NCBI RefSeq assembly: GCF_009914755.1
Contig: NC_060928.1
Length of the DNA stretch: 64,000 nt
Source of the DNA: the human T2T-CHM13v2.0 reference genome, Homo sapiens
Reading direction: 5' to 3' (one strand)
The translations under genes and the position numbers were made by a program. The notes under the pieces were generated by a model, which was given only the letters and a program-made list of their open reading frames with translations, had not been told where the DNA came from and made no database searches. Positions 16,218 through 29,279 of this stretch are shown piece after piece (positions within the stretch are counted from its first letter, which is position 1; each line of letters starts with the position of its first letter).

Positions 16218-18041
16218 ATAATTTTTCTGAGTATCTCTTATAGATTATTTATTTCCTACATGGTAGGCTCAGAAAACAATTAGCAATAAAACCATTTTAT
16301 GTAATAGGAAAATTAAATGGAAATTTGTTCAAGATAAATCCTACAGGCCAGCCTAATATATCTTACAGCATAAGAGTATGTGCATAAAAGTAGGGATAAA
16401 ATTAGAAAAGTCAGTCTATTCCTGCAACAAACATTCATTGAACAAGTTGTGTTAGCAGAATGCAGAGAGGATAGTGACAAAGTCTCCAACGAGAAAGAGC
16501 AAGAAAACAAGGAAGAAAGTCCCAGTTAAACACAGGGTGTGTGGGAGTGGGGGAGTTGGAGGGGGTGCAGTCCCAGGGGACAAAAATATCCTGATATTGC
16601 CTAAAACTCATTTGGCAAGAGCAGACTAAAGAATTCCAAGAGTGTTGATGAGAGAAGGAAAATAAGAGTGAAGAAAACATGAGAATAGGTAAAAAGGCAG
16701 AACACCAAGGAAGGGATATAAGAGAGGGACATAAGCAAAACATGGCATCAATAGGCAGAGTGGGCCTTACTGGACTGCAAAAAAGAGGCAAAGGCTATGG
16801 CGGGAAGAATACAAGCTAAAGGACTGGTAGGGAATATGAGGAATACAAAACACAATGAAATCAGAGATGAGGTTAGAAGGAACGGGAAGGAAACAGAGCT
16901 GAGGGGGAAAAATCACATACAGCAAAACCACAAGGAAACGTTATTTAAAATAATCTGTGTGTTATAAGTGCAAACATATAGCACTTTGAAGAAGTAAACA
17001 ATCAGACTAATTGGGTCATTTTAAAGATAAGCAGCAGCAATCAAAGGAATAAGATAGCTTTCATAAAAGTAAGTAAAAATGAAAACAACCTTGCCTAAGA
17101 GTGGGGTCAGGTAAGCCAATTTTAGCCATTACAGAGAACTGAATGGATCAGGAAAAACATAAGCACCATTGGTTAGTCTTAAAAATTACAACATTACAAA
17201 ATTGGTGAGGTTTTTCAAAGGATCACTAAACTTTTAAATAAATGATACCCAGTTACAACCCTCAGAATTTACAGTGTTCCCTTCATGCCAAGTTTATTTT
17301 CATAAAGAACCTATTGATAAAGGAATCACAAGAGCAACGGTGACCCCAATAACTCTCAGTGTTTTTCCCATGGTGATCACCAGGCTTGCAAGTGCTTTAA
17401 AAACCCTGAAAGGCTCAAGAAATTGAAAAAATGTTAAACAACAATCATCTGAACCTGAGGTTGTTTTCAGTTGAACTTCATTTATAGTCATATATTCAGT
17501 GCCTTATCTACCCTTTTCATAGTTCAGTTGGCAAAAGGCCCTTACAATCCCTCTATTGGTTTTTAGAATATGGTAAGAAAAGTGCTAAAAATTATGCAAC
17601 CTATATAATAAAAAATAACATAACTCATTACTTGGTTAATTCATAAATGCTGCTTAGGCAACAAAGAATGTAGTACATTGTACATTGATTTATATTTGAT
17701 TTCATCAGTTTCTGGCAAATTATTATTTGATGTTTACCAGTGGTTGCCACAGATTCAAAAGGACATGAACTCTTTCATAACACACAGGAGACAACTGAGA
17801 CTGCGAGTGATTACCAGGCTCTCCCCACCCTCGTAATGACCACTTTCAAAGTATCATATACCAATTCGATTCACTTCAGGAAAGATTTTCTTGACCTTCT
17901 ACCACATACCTTGTCCCACGGGAGAGATAAGTCTATAAAGAAGAAAGAGACACTGCAACAGCAAAGGGGTGGGGGCCTAATGGAGCACGCAGGAGGTCTG
18001 GCCTGGATCTGCCTCTACCAACATGTATTCCTCTGGGTTAT

Positions 18042-18115
18042 GTAGAGCCTTATGTATGGAACATAACTCTTTAGAGTAGAGCCTTATGTATGGAACATAA
18101 CTCTTATGTATGGAA
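18042..18115. repeat. Local tandem duplication (30-bp unit x2 plus a partial third copy)
   Basis: gtagagccttatgtatggaacataactctt at 18042-18071 and 18076-18105, then atgtatggaa. Confidence 0.9.
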
Positions 18116-18121
18116 TGCTCC

Positions 18122-18242
18122 CCCCTCTTGCTGGGGATTCAAAAATTAGAAGGCCAACCCTCTACTCTGAAGGAGTTGATAGGCTTATAAGCCTATAAAT
18201 AGAGGGTTGGTCTTCTAATTTTTGAGTCTCCAGCAAAAGGGG
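18122..18242. repeat. 43-bp inverted repeat enclosing an 18-bp perfect palindrome
   Basis: Arms 18122-18164 and 18200-18242 match at 39 of 43 positions; ataggcttataagcctat at 18179-18196 is self-complementary. Confidence 0.92.
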
Positions 18243-19314
18243 TATCATATATTAATACTCAACACACATTTGCTGATGAAGGTGTGAATCAAAGGATAAA
18301 AGAACATGTCTGAGTGTCGATAGCTCATGACAGTGTCAAGACTAGGTACTCACGCTGTGTTCAGTAACACTAGCAATTTTACTTTTACCTATACAAATGA
18401 TAGGTTTCTTTTTTTAAAACACATCAGGTAAAAGAATAAATACATTCAAGTTACTATAAAAACTCCTAATCATCCATTTTGCTGTCAAGAATCTCAGTTA
18501 GAGCCTTCTTACCAGCAAAGGAGGGTGAGAAAGGATCTATGACTTTGTATCTTGTGAGCCAAGCTTTATGTTACACTGACATGCAGAGAGATCCAATTAG
18601 TGCTTTCTGCCATCAGATGGCACACTGGCCCACAGCACTGTAATTCTACGCCACTGTCCAAATTTTCTGACCTTCAAAGAGAGACGAAGGAAATTAATAT
18701 GTGTTGACCTGAGAGCACTGAGGGGCTGGGGTCTTTGCATGTATTATTTTACTCAGTCCTACAAAAAAGTCTTCTCACTATTGGTCATTGTTCTCATTTC
18801 ATATACAAAAAACTCAGGCTAGTAAAAGCTAACTATAACTCCCCTCTAGTTACAGAGCAGGTACTGGCAGGGACAGACTTGAATCTAGGTTTGCTGGACT
18901 CAGAAGCCAATTCTCTTGGTATCTCTCTGGACTACAGCAACATATGGTTCACTTTCGGAGCCCACAGCTCTTGATGTGAGCTGCAGTTCTGAGGGTCCTA
19001 CCCTACAACTGTCATGTGATTACACCATACTGAAAAAGTGCACTGGGGGTCTCATAAGAATATTTTCTGCCATAAGAGGAAAGTTATTTACCCCTTGTTG
19101 CAGCCTTTATCATGGACATGAAAATGCTAAAAAATATTTAGGGTCTTCTAATCAGTAACTTCTATTGTGAAAGACAGGAAAAACTGGCTCTTTCCCAAAC
19201 GATGTTGCTGGAGTTGTATAAATTCTACTGGCATCAACAAGAGAAGCAACAAACTGGTTTATAGAAAAGTCCAGAAAATATACTTCTCCTTTTGAAATTT
19301 AAAAACTTCCTCCA

Positions 19315-19692
<378 letters not shown>

Positions 19693-22600
19693 TCAGTGAC
19701 AGTCAAATGTACTGTTACCTTAAAAAGTGCGATGCTTTCTTGCATAATTCCTATCAATGTTCTATTTCACATATGTGATACATTATAAAATACATTTATC
19801 TTTCACAGAATTCATTCTAGAGGGAAAATATTAACATGTTAGTTTTATTCAAAGAATGATTTTGCAATATGTGTTTAAAAAGACAATTAAAAACAAATGA
19901 AATTTTATACATCATTTGTTTTGTAATTAACATATGACTAGAACAGTCTGGAAGCAATGTATTAAATAGAAATAGTTGAAAAATGTTTGCTTTATCTAAA
20001 GTGATATTGCAGGACAAGCCTGGGTGTGTGGCACAAATCATTTTGTTATATAAACTTCTCTGGCAGTTACAGGAATATAATTTTCTGGGGATATGCTAAA
20101 CCAAGCCCACTGATAAGAGTAACAGACCAAAGGAAACACTGTAAAAACCCAGCTGTGTTATTCAACTTAGCTTTAAGCCAGTCTCTGCTGTCTTTTGTAG
20201 GACTTTATTTAATTGCTTCTGACTGTATAGGCTAGTAAAAATCAGGCTGTACAGAATTGAAAAAAAAATCTGATTAAATGGATCAGTTGTTTAGAGTCTA
20301 CAGCAATCAAAATTCCCTGTGATTCACTTCTACAAATAATTACATGGATCTTCACAATAACCATATGGTCACTGCAAAAAGAAAATTCAGTCAAATCTGT
20401 TAATTCATTAAGTAAAATAGCCTCAACAGTCATTCTTGGCTCATCCAGTGGAATCTGGATGAAGGAGAGATGCACCTCTTTCCTGAATAAATCCAAGAGA
20501 CAATCACAGATCAGTTTAACCAGGATAAAGAAATCATACAACTTTCAGGTACAAAGATGTTTTCTAAATAGTCACAGCCTTTTTTAAGGCAAGGGATGAG
20601 ATACAGGGTTAAAAAAATGCTTCTATGATTGTACACAGATTTCAATAAATTCAAACTCTAATTTTATATACATCAACATAACTATACCAACTGAACACAA
20701 TAACAGCAAAAAAATTCTCATAACATAATTTGTGCCATTACTTTACAATCATGTACAAAGGGAGTCACAATTCTTTTCTGAATGGGAATGTCGTTAGAGA
20801 GTCAAGTCCTCTAAACTCTCCAGCGGCACCACATTCTTATTCTGCATCTGTATTTCCTGTTTGCTAGTGGCAGAATACTAATTTCAACTAATTTAAATGA
20901 AAGCCCCACATAATGTAGCACTCTAATTTTATTTAAACAAAAACTAGAGATAAGCAGCAAGTAAGGGATGGCCCATGAGGCTGCTCAACCCCAGCTTTCT
21001 ACCATGTAACAGAATTATTAGCTATGCATGGAAACCACTTTTTTTCTCTACTGTTAACTATTTTTTTCTCTAATGTTTTTGAATTCTGATCAGAGCCATT
21101 ACTACTGTTTCTAACTTTGTACCCTCTTTTGCAAGCATTCACAAGCCCCTTATTAAAGCTCTGGGAAGGCTTCCTATCTGATGCTCTGCCAGACACTGTC
21201 CTTTTGGACACAATGCATTCAGGTTATTAGCTTGATGTGCATCATTCAGCAAGCTGTCTTACAATTTCACTGATCATCATCTAGTAAGACTGAATTGCTG
21301 CCTTGCCCATGGCTTTTAGATTTATATAATTAACCAAAATTAGCTCGATGTTTAAAACACAATGCCAGCCTACTCATTTATTTTTGGAAGAACACTTTAG
21401 TGAATACAATGAGTGGGCTGATTTGGAATTGCCAACTTAAACTGTCAAAGTTTTCCTATAAATTACTATACTTAAAAAATTCAAATTCTATTAAGGCAAA
21501 TACCATTAAAAGAAAACTATTTGATAAAACAATCAGGTACCATATTATTTTCATTTTGGTTCACTATTACATTCAATCAAGTTCTAGTAGGAAATATGTC
21601 ACACAATGCCTTGAGTGTGTATTGTAAATATTTTTTATATATAGTAACTCCTGGACAAGTATATAATAGTTTTTGGTTACATAACTCTAAAAAATATAGC
21701 ATGAGCAAACTGTCTCGACTGCATCATTCAGAAGTTCTTAACGTCAGACAAAATAAAGGTGCCAACTACATGCTAAAGTAGATAGTAGATAATACCTACT
21801 GAAATACTTTTTAAAAACACTTATATCAAACTTACCCTCAAAATGATTCATGAAAACATTTAACTAACTATATTCTTCATAAAGAGACTGAAGAACAGAA
21901 AACCAAAATGATTTCCATAAAATCATTTCCATAAAAAAACAGTCTGCAAACAGCACATAGAAAATTAAAACCCAGCTCTCATTACTGCTGGCTATTTCTG
22001 GTCCCATTGATACCACGGTATAAGTGATACACATTTTAGAGGTCACTGGACCTTGTTTTGAATAATTTTAGGTAAATTCAAACTACTCTCTAGCTCCGTG
22101 TCTTTCTTGTAAGATTGTGACAATAATACCTACCTCATAAGGATCTAATACATGACTATTTTCTTATAAATTATGTGAGCAGCACAAAGCACAACTGATA
22201 GATGCTCTGTAAATGTTAGTTCACTCATAATTCATTTCTAAATTCATTCAGCCAGTACTAATTCTGCATGCCTAAATGCCAGGCACTGTTCTAGGCACCA
22301 GGGTGGAAAACCCACATAATGCCTCTACTCTCATGGAGCTGTCATTCTAGTAAAAATAACAATGAAGAGTTTGGCTGGTGACATAAATGCCAATGAGAGG
22401 TCCCTCAATCAACCTGTCCTCACCCCTCCATTGAGCACAGGGTTGCTGGGCACCAGCCAATTGCTCTGGAGCATAGGAAAGGTTGTATTTGAATCCTGCC
22501 CAGCTGCTTTACTACCTCTCTCTTATATACTTTATCTGCTCCCTTTTTTTTCCTACCGTCTTCCAGTCTCAACCATCTATGATTTTAAATAGTATGCTTC

Positions 22601-22879
22601 AAGTTGTGCCAAACGCTGGAATTCAGCCAGGAAGGTGGCTGGGAGTAGGGAGGGGGCAGGCATGGAAAAACAGTCACTCAGCCATGCCCAAATCAGAGCA
22701 GCTGTCTCTATTTTATCAGTGTTATGCCCCCTGCTTAATATACTTCCAGGCTTCCAGTGCAAGTTTCTGGTGGGAATAAGTTTAGTGCTAAAGGAATGTT
22801 TGGAGGCAGAAAAGTACACCAGTTTAAGTATGCCCCATTCTTTAACAAGTTGATGCACAGAAAAAAGAAATGAGGGTGC

Positions 22880-23300
22880 AATAGGGGAATCCAGTATATT
22901 AAAAGAAACTTATGAGACATAAAGACCAAACAGAATATATGTGGTTTTTGAGTGGGTCTTTGTCAGCTATTAAAAGGCGTTTTTGAGACAACCAAGGAAA
23001 ATTTTAAAATAAACTGGATATGCAATAATTGTTAATTTTCTTAGGTATCACTAGGATAGTAAGTTATGTGGTAAGACATGCTTTTTAAACAAGATGACTA
23101 CTGAAATATTTAGAAGTAAAAAAGTCACAATGTCTGAACTTTACTTTTAATATTTACAGCCAAAAAAAAAAAAAAAAAACCATGATGTGAATATGACAGC
23201 CAACAACTCTGAAATCTTAGTGATAAGTGTGCATTATATACTTCTCTTGGCTTTCTGTATATTTGATGTTTTTCATCAAAGAACATTTTTAAAAGTCTGG
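22880..23300 (+). mobile_element. Old L1ME-type 3' fragment
   Basis: Resembles an L1ME 3' end (gacaaccaaggaaaattttaaaataaactggata; cattatatacttctc...gtatatttga). Approximate. Confidence 0.5.
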
Positions 23301-23465
23301 TATGCTCAATACCTCTTGGCATTCACAGGCCTTAATATACCTTAAGCCTCCTACAGCGACACATTAAAACTATACACAGGTTGTTACATTTGTACTTAAC
23401 TACATAATCCAATCATAGTATTTTTAAAATACCAAAATGACTGACAATCATAAAGACAATAGATG

Positions 23466-24415
23466 GTGTCCTAGTCTGTTTGGGCCACTATAACAACATA
23501 CCTTAGACTGGGTAATTTATAAACAGAAATTAATCTCCTCCCCTTGAGAATTGGGTTGGGCCGAGAGATTCATTTCTAACTAATAGAACAGAGCAAAAGT
23601 TACCAGCTGTCACTTTGGATATCATATTATAAAAGACTACAGCTTCCTGACTCTGTCTCCCTTCCTCCCTTTTCTTTTCCTTCTTGCTTGCTTGCTCTGA
23701 TAATGCGAGGGAACATGTCACATGCGAGCTGCCCTATGGAGTGGCTCGAGTGGCAAACAAAAGCTTATGAGGAAATGAGGCCTCAGTTCAACAGCCTGCA
23801 AAGACATCAATCCTGCCTCCAACCACAGGAGCATGCTTGAAGAAAAGGATCCTTCTGCAGGGAAGCCTTGAGTGACTTAGACTGTGAGAGACTCCATGTA
23901 AATTTCCTAGGGTTGCCATAACAAACTACCACAGGCTGGGTGGTTAAATCAACAATTTCTGGAGGCTAGAAATGCAAGGCCAAGGTGTTAGCAAACTGAG
24001 TTTCTTCCGGGGCCTCTCTCTGTCTTCTTGAGGATGGCTGCTTTCTTTCTGTGCCCCCACATGGTCCGCTCTATACACAGAGGATGCACATGGCTGTATC
24101 CAAATTTCCTCTTCTGCTAAGCACTTCAGCCATATTAGATTAGGGTTCAGCCTAACAGCTTCATTTTAACCTAATTACCTCTTTAAAGAGCTTATCTCCA
24201 AATATAGGTACTGAGAGTTAGGACCACAACATACAAATTTGGTGGGGAGGGGGCAAAGAGAGAAGCATAAATTCACCCCATGACAGACCCTAAAGCAAAG
24301 GACCCAACTAATTTGTTTTTGAATTCTTGAACTACAGAAAATGTGAGATAGTAAAGGTTGTTTCAAGCCACTAAGTTCTGAGGTAATTTATTCTGCAGCA
24401 CAGATAACTAATATA
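23466..24415. mobile_element. Cluster of nested MaLR LTRs (MST/MLT1A stub, MLT1E/F-like LTR on +, MLT1B/C-like LTR on - inserted at about 23897-24280)
   Basis: MaLR termini tgtcctagtctgtttgggccactataac, tttcctagggttgccataacaaactaccaca, and aagccactaagttctgaggtaatttattctgcagcacagataactaata. Confidence 0.75.
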
Positions 24416-24553
24416 ATGTACCAGGTAAAACCGTTAATCACATTCACTTTCTGGGCCCAGGAAAAAACAACTTTATTACAATTTTTCAAATGAATTTACA
24501 CACAACAACTCAAATTTTATTCCATATCTTCCTGCTTTTGAAGGCATATATAC

Positions 24554-24609
24554 CTGAAATGGTCAATGTCCTTTGAATGCAAATAATTGCTTAGCTGTCA
24601 TACATGAAC
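24554..24609 (-). other. Candidate 56-nt non-coding exon
   Basis: Minus strand ttatatttcag|GTTCAT...TTTCAG|gtatat; stop codons in all three frames. Confidence 0.3.
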
Positions 24610-25636
24610 CTGAAATATAACCATCTCATAAATACCAATTCTAAATTTCAAATACCTCTCTAGCGGGTTCTAGTCTATCATCACTTCTGATATTACTTCT
24701 CACACCTGAATCATCAACATGCAATATGTGGAAAACTATGAGGTTCATCAGTTTAAAGAGAAGATGGTCGTCATCTCTGTTCTATATTTGAAAAATATTT
24801 TCCAGTTTTAGATTTATAATCACCTGTTAGAATGAGCAAACAAATTAATTATCTGTTATCTATTTCCTTTCATTCACCTTTGTATACAAATTTGCTTCCA
24901 TCTTCTGCACTCGTCTACTTAACAACCATATAAGTGAATTAGTATTCTTATTGCAAGATGGTACCCACAACACATCAGCCCTTTAGACTGACATCTATTC
25001 TTTATTCCACTTGTTACTTAAAATGAATGATCCACATTATTTAAAGGCCAAAAAGCATGTTTTCTTTCCATTTGGATTTCATTTCCCTCCTCCTAATTAC
25101 AAACCTGTAATTAGATTATGACTTAGGATTTTTTTTTCCCTAACCATTCCAAGAAGGTCTTTACCACTTAAATCTTTACATCAAAGATTTTTAGTTTGCT
25201 ATATAAGGGAACAAATATGAATGACATCACAAATTTAGCCACTTGATATACTGATTTCCAAAAATGTCTCTGTACTTACGTTTTAGTCAATGAAATCTTA
25301 GAGAACTGCTTTGTATGTTATTTTTAATTGTATTGTTTTTATTGATATTAATTTGGAATTTGACAATTTGTATCTTTTCCTCTTACTATCAGTATGTCAG
25401 TATGTTACTGAACATTAGTCAATGAAATCCAATTCTCTTTCATTCAGTTCCCACCAGTATTTACATACAGTGAAGAGATTCTGCTTGTATTCTTTTCTCT
25501 TTGACTTGTTCACTATACTATAATTGATGTCTGATTACTTTCTTAACATTGTTTTAAAAGCTGAGTTTCCCATTGAGCAAATACTACAGAAGCATTTCCA
25601 TTCTCAACTTTACTCTCTTTTATTTCTACTAATGTA

Positions 25637-25988
25637 GAGATGCCCCCTTCTTACAATGGGGTTATTTCCTAATAAATTCATCATAAATTGAAAACACTGT
25701 AAACTGAAAGTGCATTTAATGCATCAAACCTACTGAACATTATAGCTTAGCCTAGGCTACCTTAAATATGCTCAGAACACTTACATTAGCCTACAGGTGG
25801 GGAAAATCATCTAACACAAAGCCTATTTCATAACAGCATGTTGAATATCTCATGTAATTTACCGAATATTGTACTGCAAGTGAAAAATATGATGGTTTTA
25901 TGGGCACTTGAAGTACAGCTTCTACTGAATGTATATTACTTTTGCACCATTGAGGTAATAAGTTGAAATTCTGTAAATCAAGGATTGT
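25637..25988 (+). mobile_element. MER47A-like Tigger-group DNA transposon
   Basis: Matches recalled MER47 core (tagcttagcctaggctaccttaaatatgctcagaacacttacattagcctacag...aaaatcatctaacacaaagcctattt). Confidence 0.85.
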
Positions 25989-27989
25989 ATTTCTTTTTTT
26001 TTTAATCTGGAGTTGCCTTTTTTCTTCAAAAATACTTTCCTATTATGTCTTTTTTTTATGTTTCCAAATTTTTCTTCTTTTGGTCTTTATTATACTTGAC
26101 TACCACTACCTCTGGGTGTAATTTATAGCACAGAGAGATAAATCACTTTATACACATAAAATCAGCTGTCATCCTGATATTTTCTGTAAGAAATATTCTG
26201 GTTCTAGATTTACCTCTTACGCTTTCTTAATTGAAATGCTACCTGGCATATATTAATGTCCACTAAATATTTGTTGCTTTATATAATTATATGGTAAGAA
26301 GAAAAATGTAGAATGTCATGTTAATATTGCTAAAACCCTTATGATATATAACACATATTAAAATAGATCGAAAAGAAAAATTCTAATATTTTATACAACA
26401 TTTTGCTAACAATTTATACAGTTAGAAGGTAAAGACTTACATATGAAAGAAAACTAGTTCCTCTTAGTCCCTATCTGACCATCATTACAGTACAAAACAA
26501 TCCATTCCATGTTGGTGGCCAGGTTATGAGGTTTCTCTCAGATTATGGTCTGACGGGGAGTAAGGAATCAGAATACAGAGTATTAATCAGGTCTTTAAAA
26601 AAGTCAAACAGCAAGGTCCTTGACTATCTCCCAACTATACCTGTCAAAGATCTTTGGACTACTCAGAGCTATTACCAGAACTAGGCAATAGAACCAGTCA
26701 TCATTCTGATATGAGAGGTTAAAGTCTATAGAAAAATAGATTTGATAGATAACCTTCTAGAATGCACCTATTCTGTATACCCTGTTAAACAAGCAAACTA
26801 TACTCAAGGCCTTCTAGACACCAAGGCTAGCACAGGGAAAGGGGACACAGAGATGATATTGAGTAATAGCTGCACAGAACACTACAATACTTAGAGCTTT
26901 TGAAAAAATGCATGATACGAAACAAAGTTAACAATTAACTCTGGTTAGAAGACCTTGAAAAATCTTGAAGTAAGAACATCTGAATGCATGGCAAGCATTT
27001 GTCTCTTTTTAACTTGGAATTATATAAGGAAAGTTTTATGCTCCTTTCCAATAATATACATGTATATATAATAATATCAGAACACTGACCACAGGCAAAA
27101 TCAAACTAGATATAAGCACCCACACAGAAGAAGCTAAGTCATTTTATAACCATTCATTCAGAAGATGAAATTTCTCACTTGGGCATGTGCAGGGAAATTA
27201 TTTTGCTTTGGTAGTCCTCAGACTAAACTCAGCACCAGAATCAACCACGTTAAAGGGCATTTAAACAGATTGTTCTGTGAACGTTTTAAAAATTTAGAGA
27301 CAGTAATTATTCAGAAACTCCCAGGCAGTGACTCTGCTATCTTATAGATGGGGCCTACAAATGCTAAGTTTGGTTAGTGTGGGTATGTTACCTCCTTCAA
27401 TTCATTACTGACTAGAAATGCCTTAACAACAATATGTATACTCCTAAAATACTCACATTTTAATAGTTATTTTCTTACAATCACAACTGGTCTTGCTCTT
27501 CACTATGAGACATTTGTATTCCATGTGAGTGCTTTCTGTGTCATAAATCATTTAGGGTCTGGCCTACTGACTTAATAAATTTCAGAGGCAGAAGAGAAGC
27601 TGCAGAGCTCAGTCCTTGACACTGAACTTTCTCACTGCTTCTAAGGGTGGAAGAGGTCAGTTTGGTAAGCAACATGTTTGGTATCATCATTTCAGATTTT
27701 CCAGAGGTAATGGTTACAAAAGTCTTCCCAGAAACAAGATTTACCACCCACCAGTGACCTATGCATACATGACCACGGTTTGTTGGGTGCCTATAATTTG
27801 CTCTTTGCATCAGAGGGAAATTCTCTCTGTGGGGACAGGGCCCATCTTCCATGCAAAATCATAAAGTTGTCTTGTACTCAAAGCTGCTCTTCTCAACATA
27901 TCCTTCCCAAGGGATTTGGCCCTATTGGGTATCCTCCTAGGTACCTGCACATTCACTCAAACAGTGATCCTGAGAAATTACTGGTGAGT

Positions 27990-28200
27990 ACAAGCACTAT
28001 CTCCATGGGCAAAAGGAGCTAGGTTCGAATTGCATTTTTTCCACTTAGCAATACGTGATCTTGAATTAAATATGTACTACCTCACAGCCACAGTTTCCTC
28101 ATCTGCAAAATGGGGACAGTACTTGCTCATGGTTGTTTTGAGGACTAGCTGAGACAAATGCTTAGCACAGTATTAGGAACATGGTCAGTGCTCAATATTA
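27990..28200 (+). mobile_element. MIR SINE
   Basis: MIR core cagtttcctcatctgcaaaatggggacagta ... gcttagcacagt...ctcaata. Confidence 0.8.
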
Positions 28201-28582
28201 ATCCCCAAATCCATGTCATAAATTTTGACAAGTACTACATGGTAGTTCCATCCTTTATTTTTAATAAAATTCAGGTGATTCCATTTATATTAGACATTAT
28301 TATATTTACATTTATACGTTATAGGTTTTTTTCTGTATATATACAACCTATGTGTTACTATTTTTAACAGTATAGAACTTAAATTATCTGGAAACTTCTT
28401 AACCATAATCATTACCTACTCCCTCACAAAACAGTTTTTTTTCCTATTTTCTATAGTAATTTAATGCAAGTACCTCAACTGCAGATAAACTAAATTTCAC
28501 TCTGATATTGTAGTACCTGTACCTTCATTCTAGCTCAAAAATTCCTTCTAAAAGTCCTCATTGATATAAAAAAAAAAGCATG

Positions 28583-28894
28583 GGCCAGGTGCAGTGGCTC
28601 ACACCTACAATCCTAGAAGTTTGGAAGGCTGAGGTGGGAAGATCACTTGAGCCCAGGAGTTCAAGACCAGCTTGGGCAACACAGCAAGACCCTGTCTCTA
28701 CAAAAAAAAATAAAAAAAATAAAAAGTCAGCAGGGTGTGGTGGCACATGCTTGTTGTCCCAGCTACTAAAGAGGCTGAGACAGGAGGATTGCTTGAGCCT
28801 AGGAGTTCAAGTTACAATGAGCTATGATCACGCCATTGCACTCCCACCTGGGAGACAGAGTGAGGCCCTGTCTCTAAAAAAATAAAAATAAAAA
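28583..28894 (+). mobile_element. AluJ SINE
   Basis: Dimer with J diagnostics (gatcacttgagcccaggagttcaag; ggattgcttgagcct). Confidence 0.95.
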
Positions 28895-29067
28895 TCTACT
28901 TTCTAGTACCATTAATCAGATGATGATGAAATAAGCATTCTCACCTTAAATATTAATAAAATATGACATTTAAAAATTTATTTAGATATATCTACCAAAA
29001 TAATGAAAACTACAAAGGTAAAAAAGATGGGGAGGATTTTGTATTTTGCCTGATCTTAGACATTCTA

Positions 29068-29188
29068 CAAAATGAAAGTTTTTCTTCAGAATAAGCTACA
29101 CTGTCAGATCTTTTTTTGGAAGTCAATATTTAAGATATACTAATGTAATAAGAAAAGAAAACTGCAGAAAAATGAAGAAAACATAATG
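29068..29188 (+). repeat. Donor copy of a 121-bp local inverted duplication
   Basis: Reverse complement of 31525-31647; about 7 substitutions and one 2-bp indel by manual alignment. Confidence 0.93.
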
Positions 29189-29279
29189 AATTGAGACCTA
29201 CCTTTAAGTATGTAAATAAGCACTGTCCTGAATAAAATTCAAAAGCCACAGCCAGCCCTGGTTGAGAACCCTCACAATC

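Noticed and set aside
18302-18311. Perfect p53 half-site GAACATGTCT
   Set aside because: No adjacent second half-site.
20242-20541. 99-aa minus-strand ORF as a standalone gene
   Set aside because: Non-ATG start, runs through a branch point and polypyrimidine tract, and has no known homology; only its 3' part is kept as a possible terminal exon.
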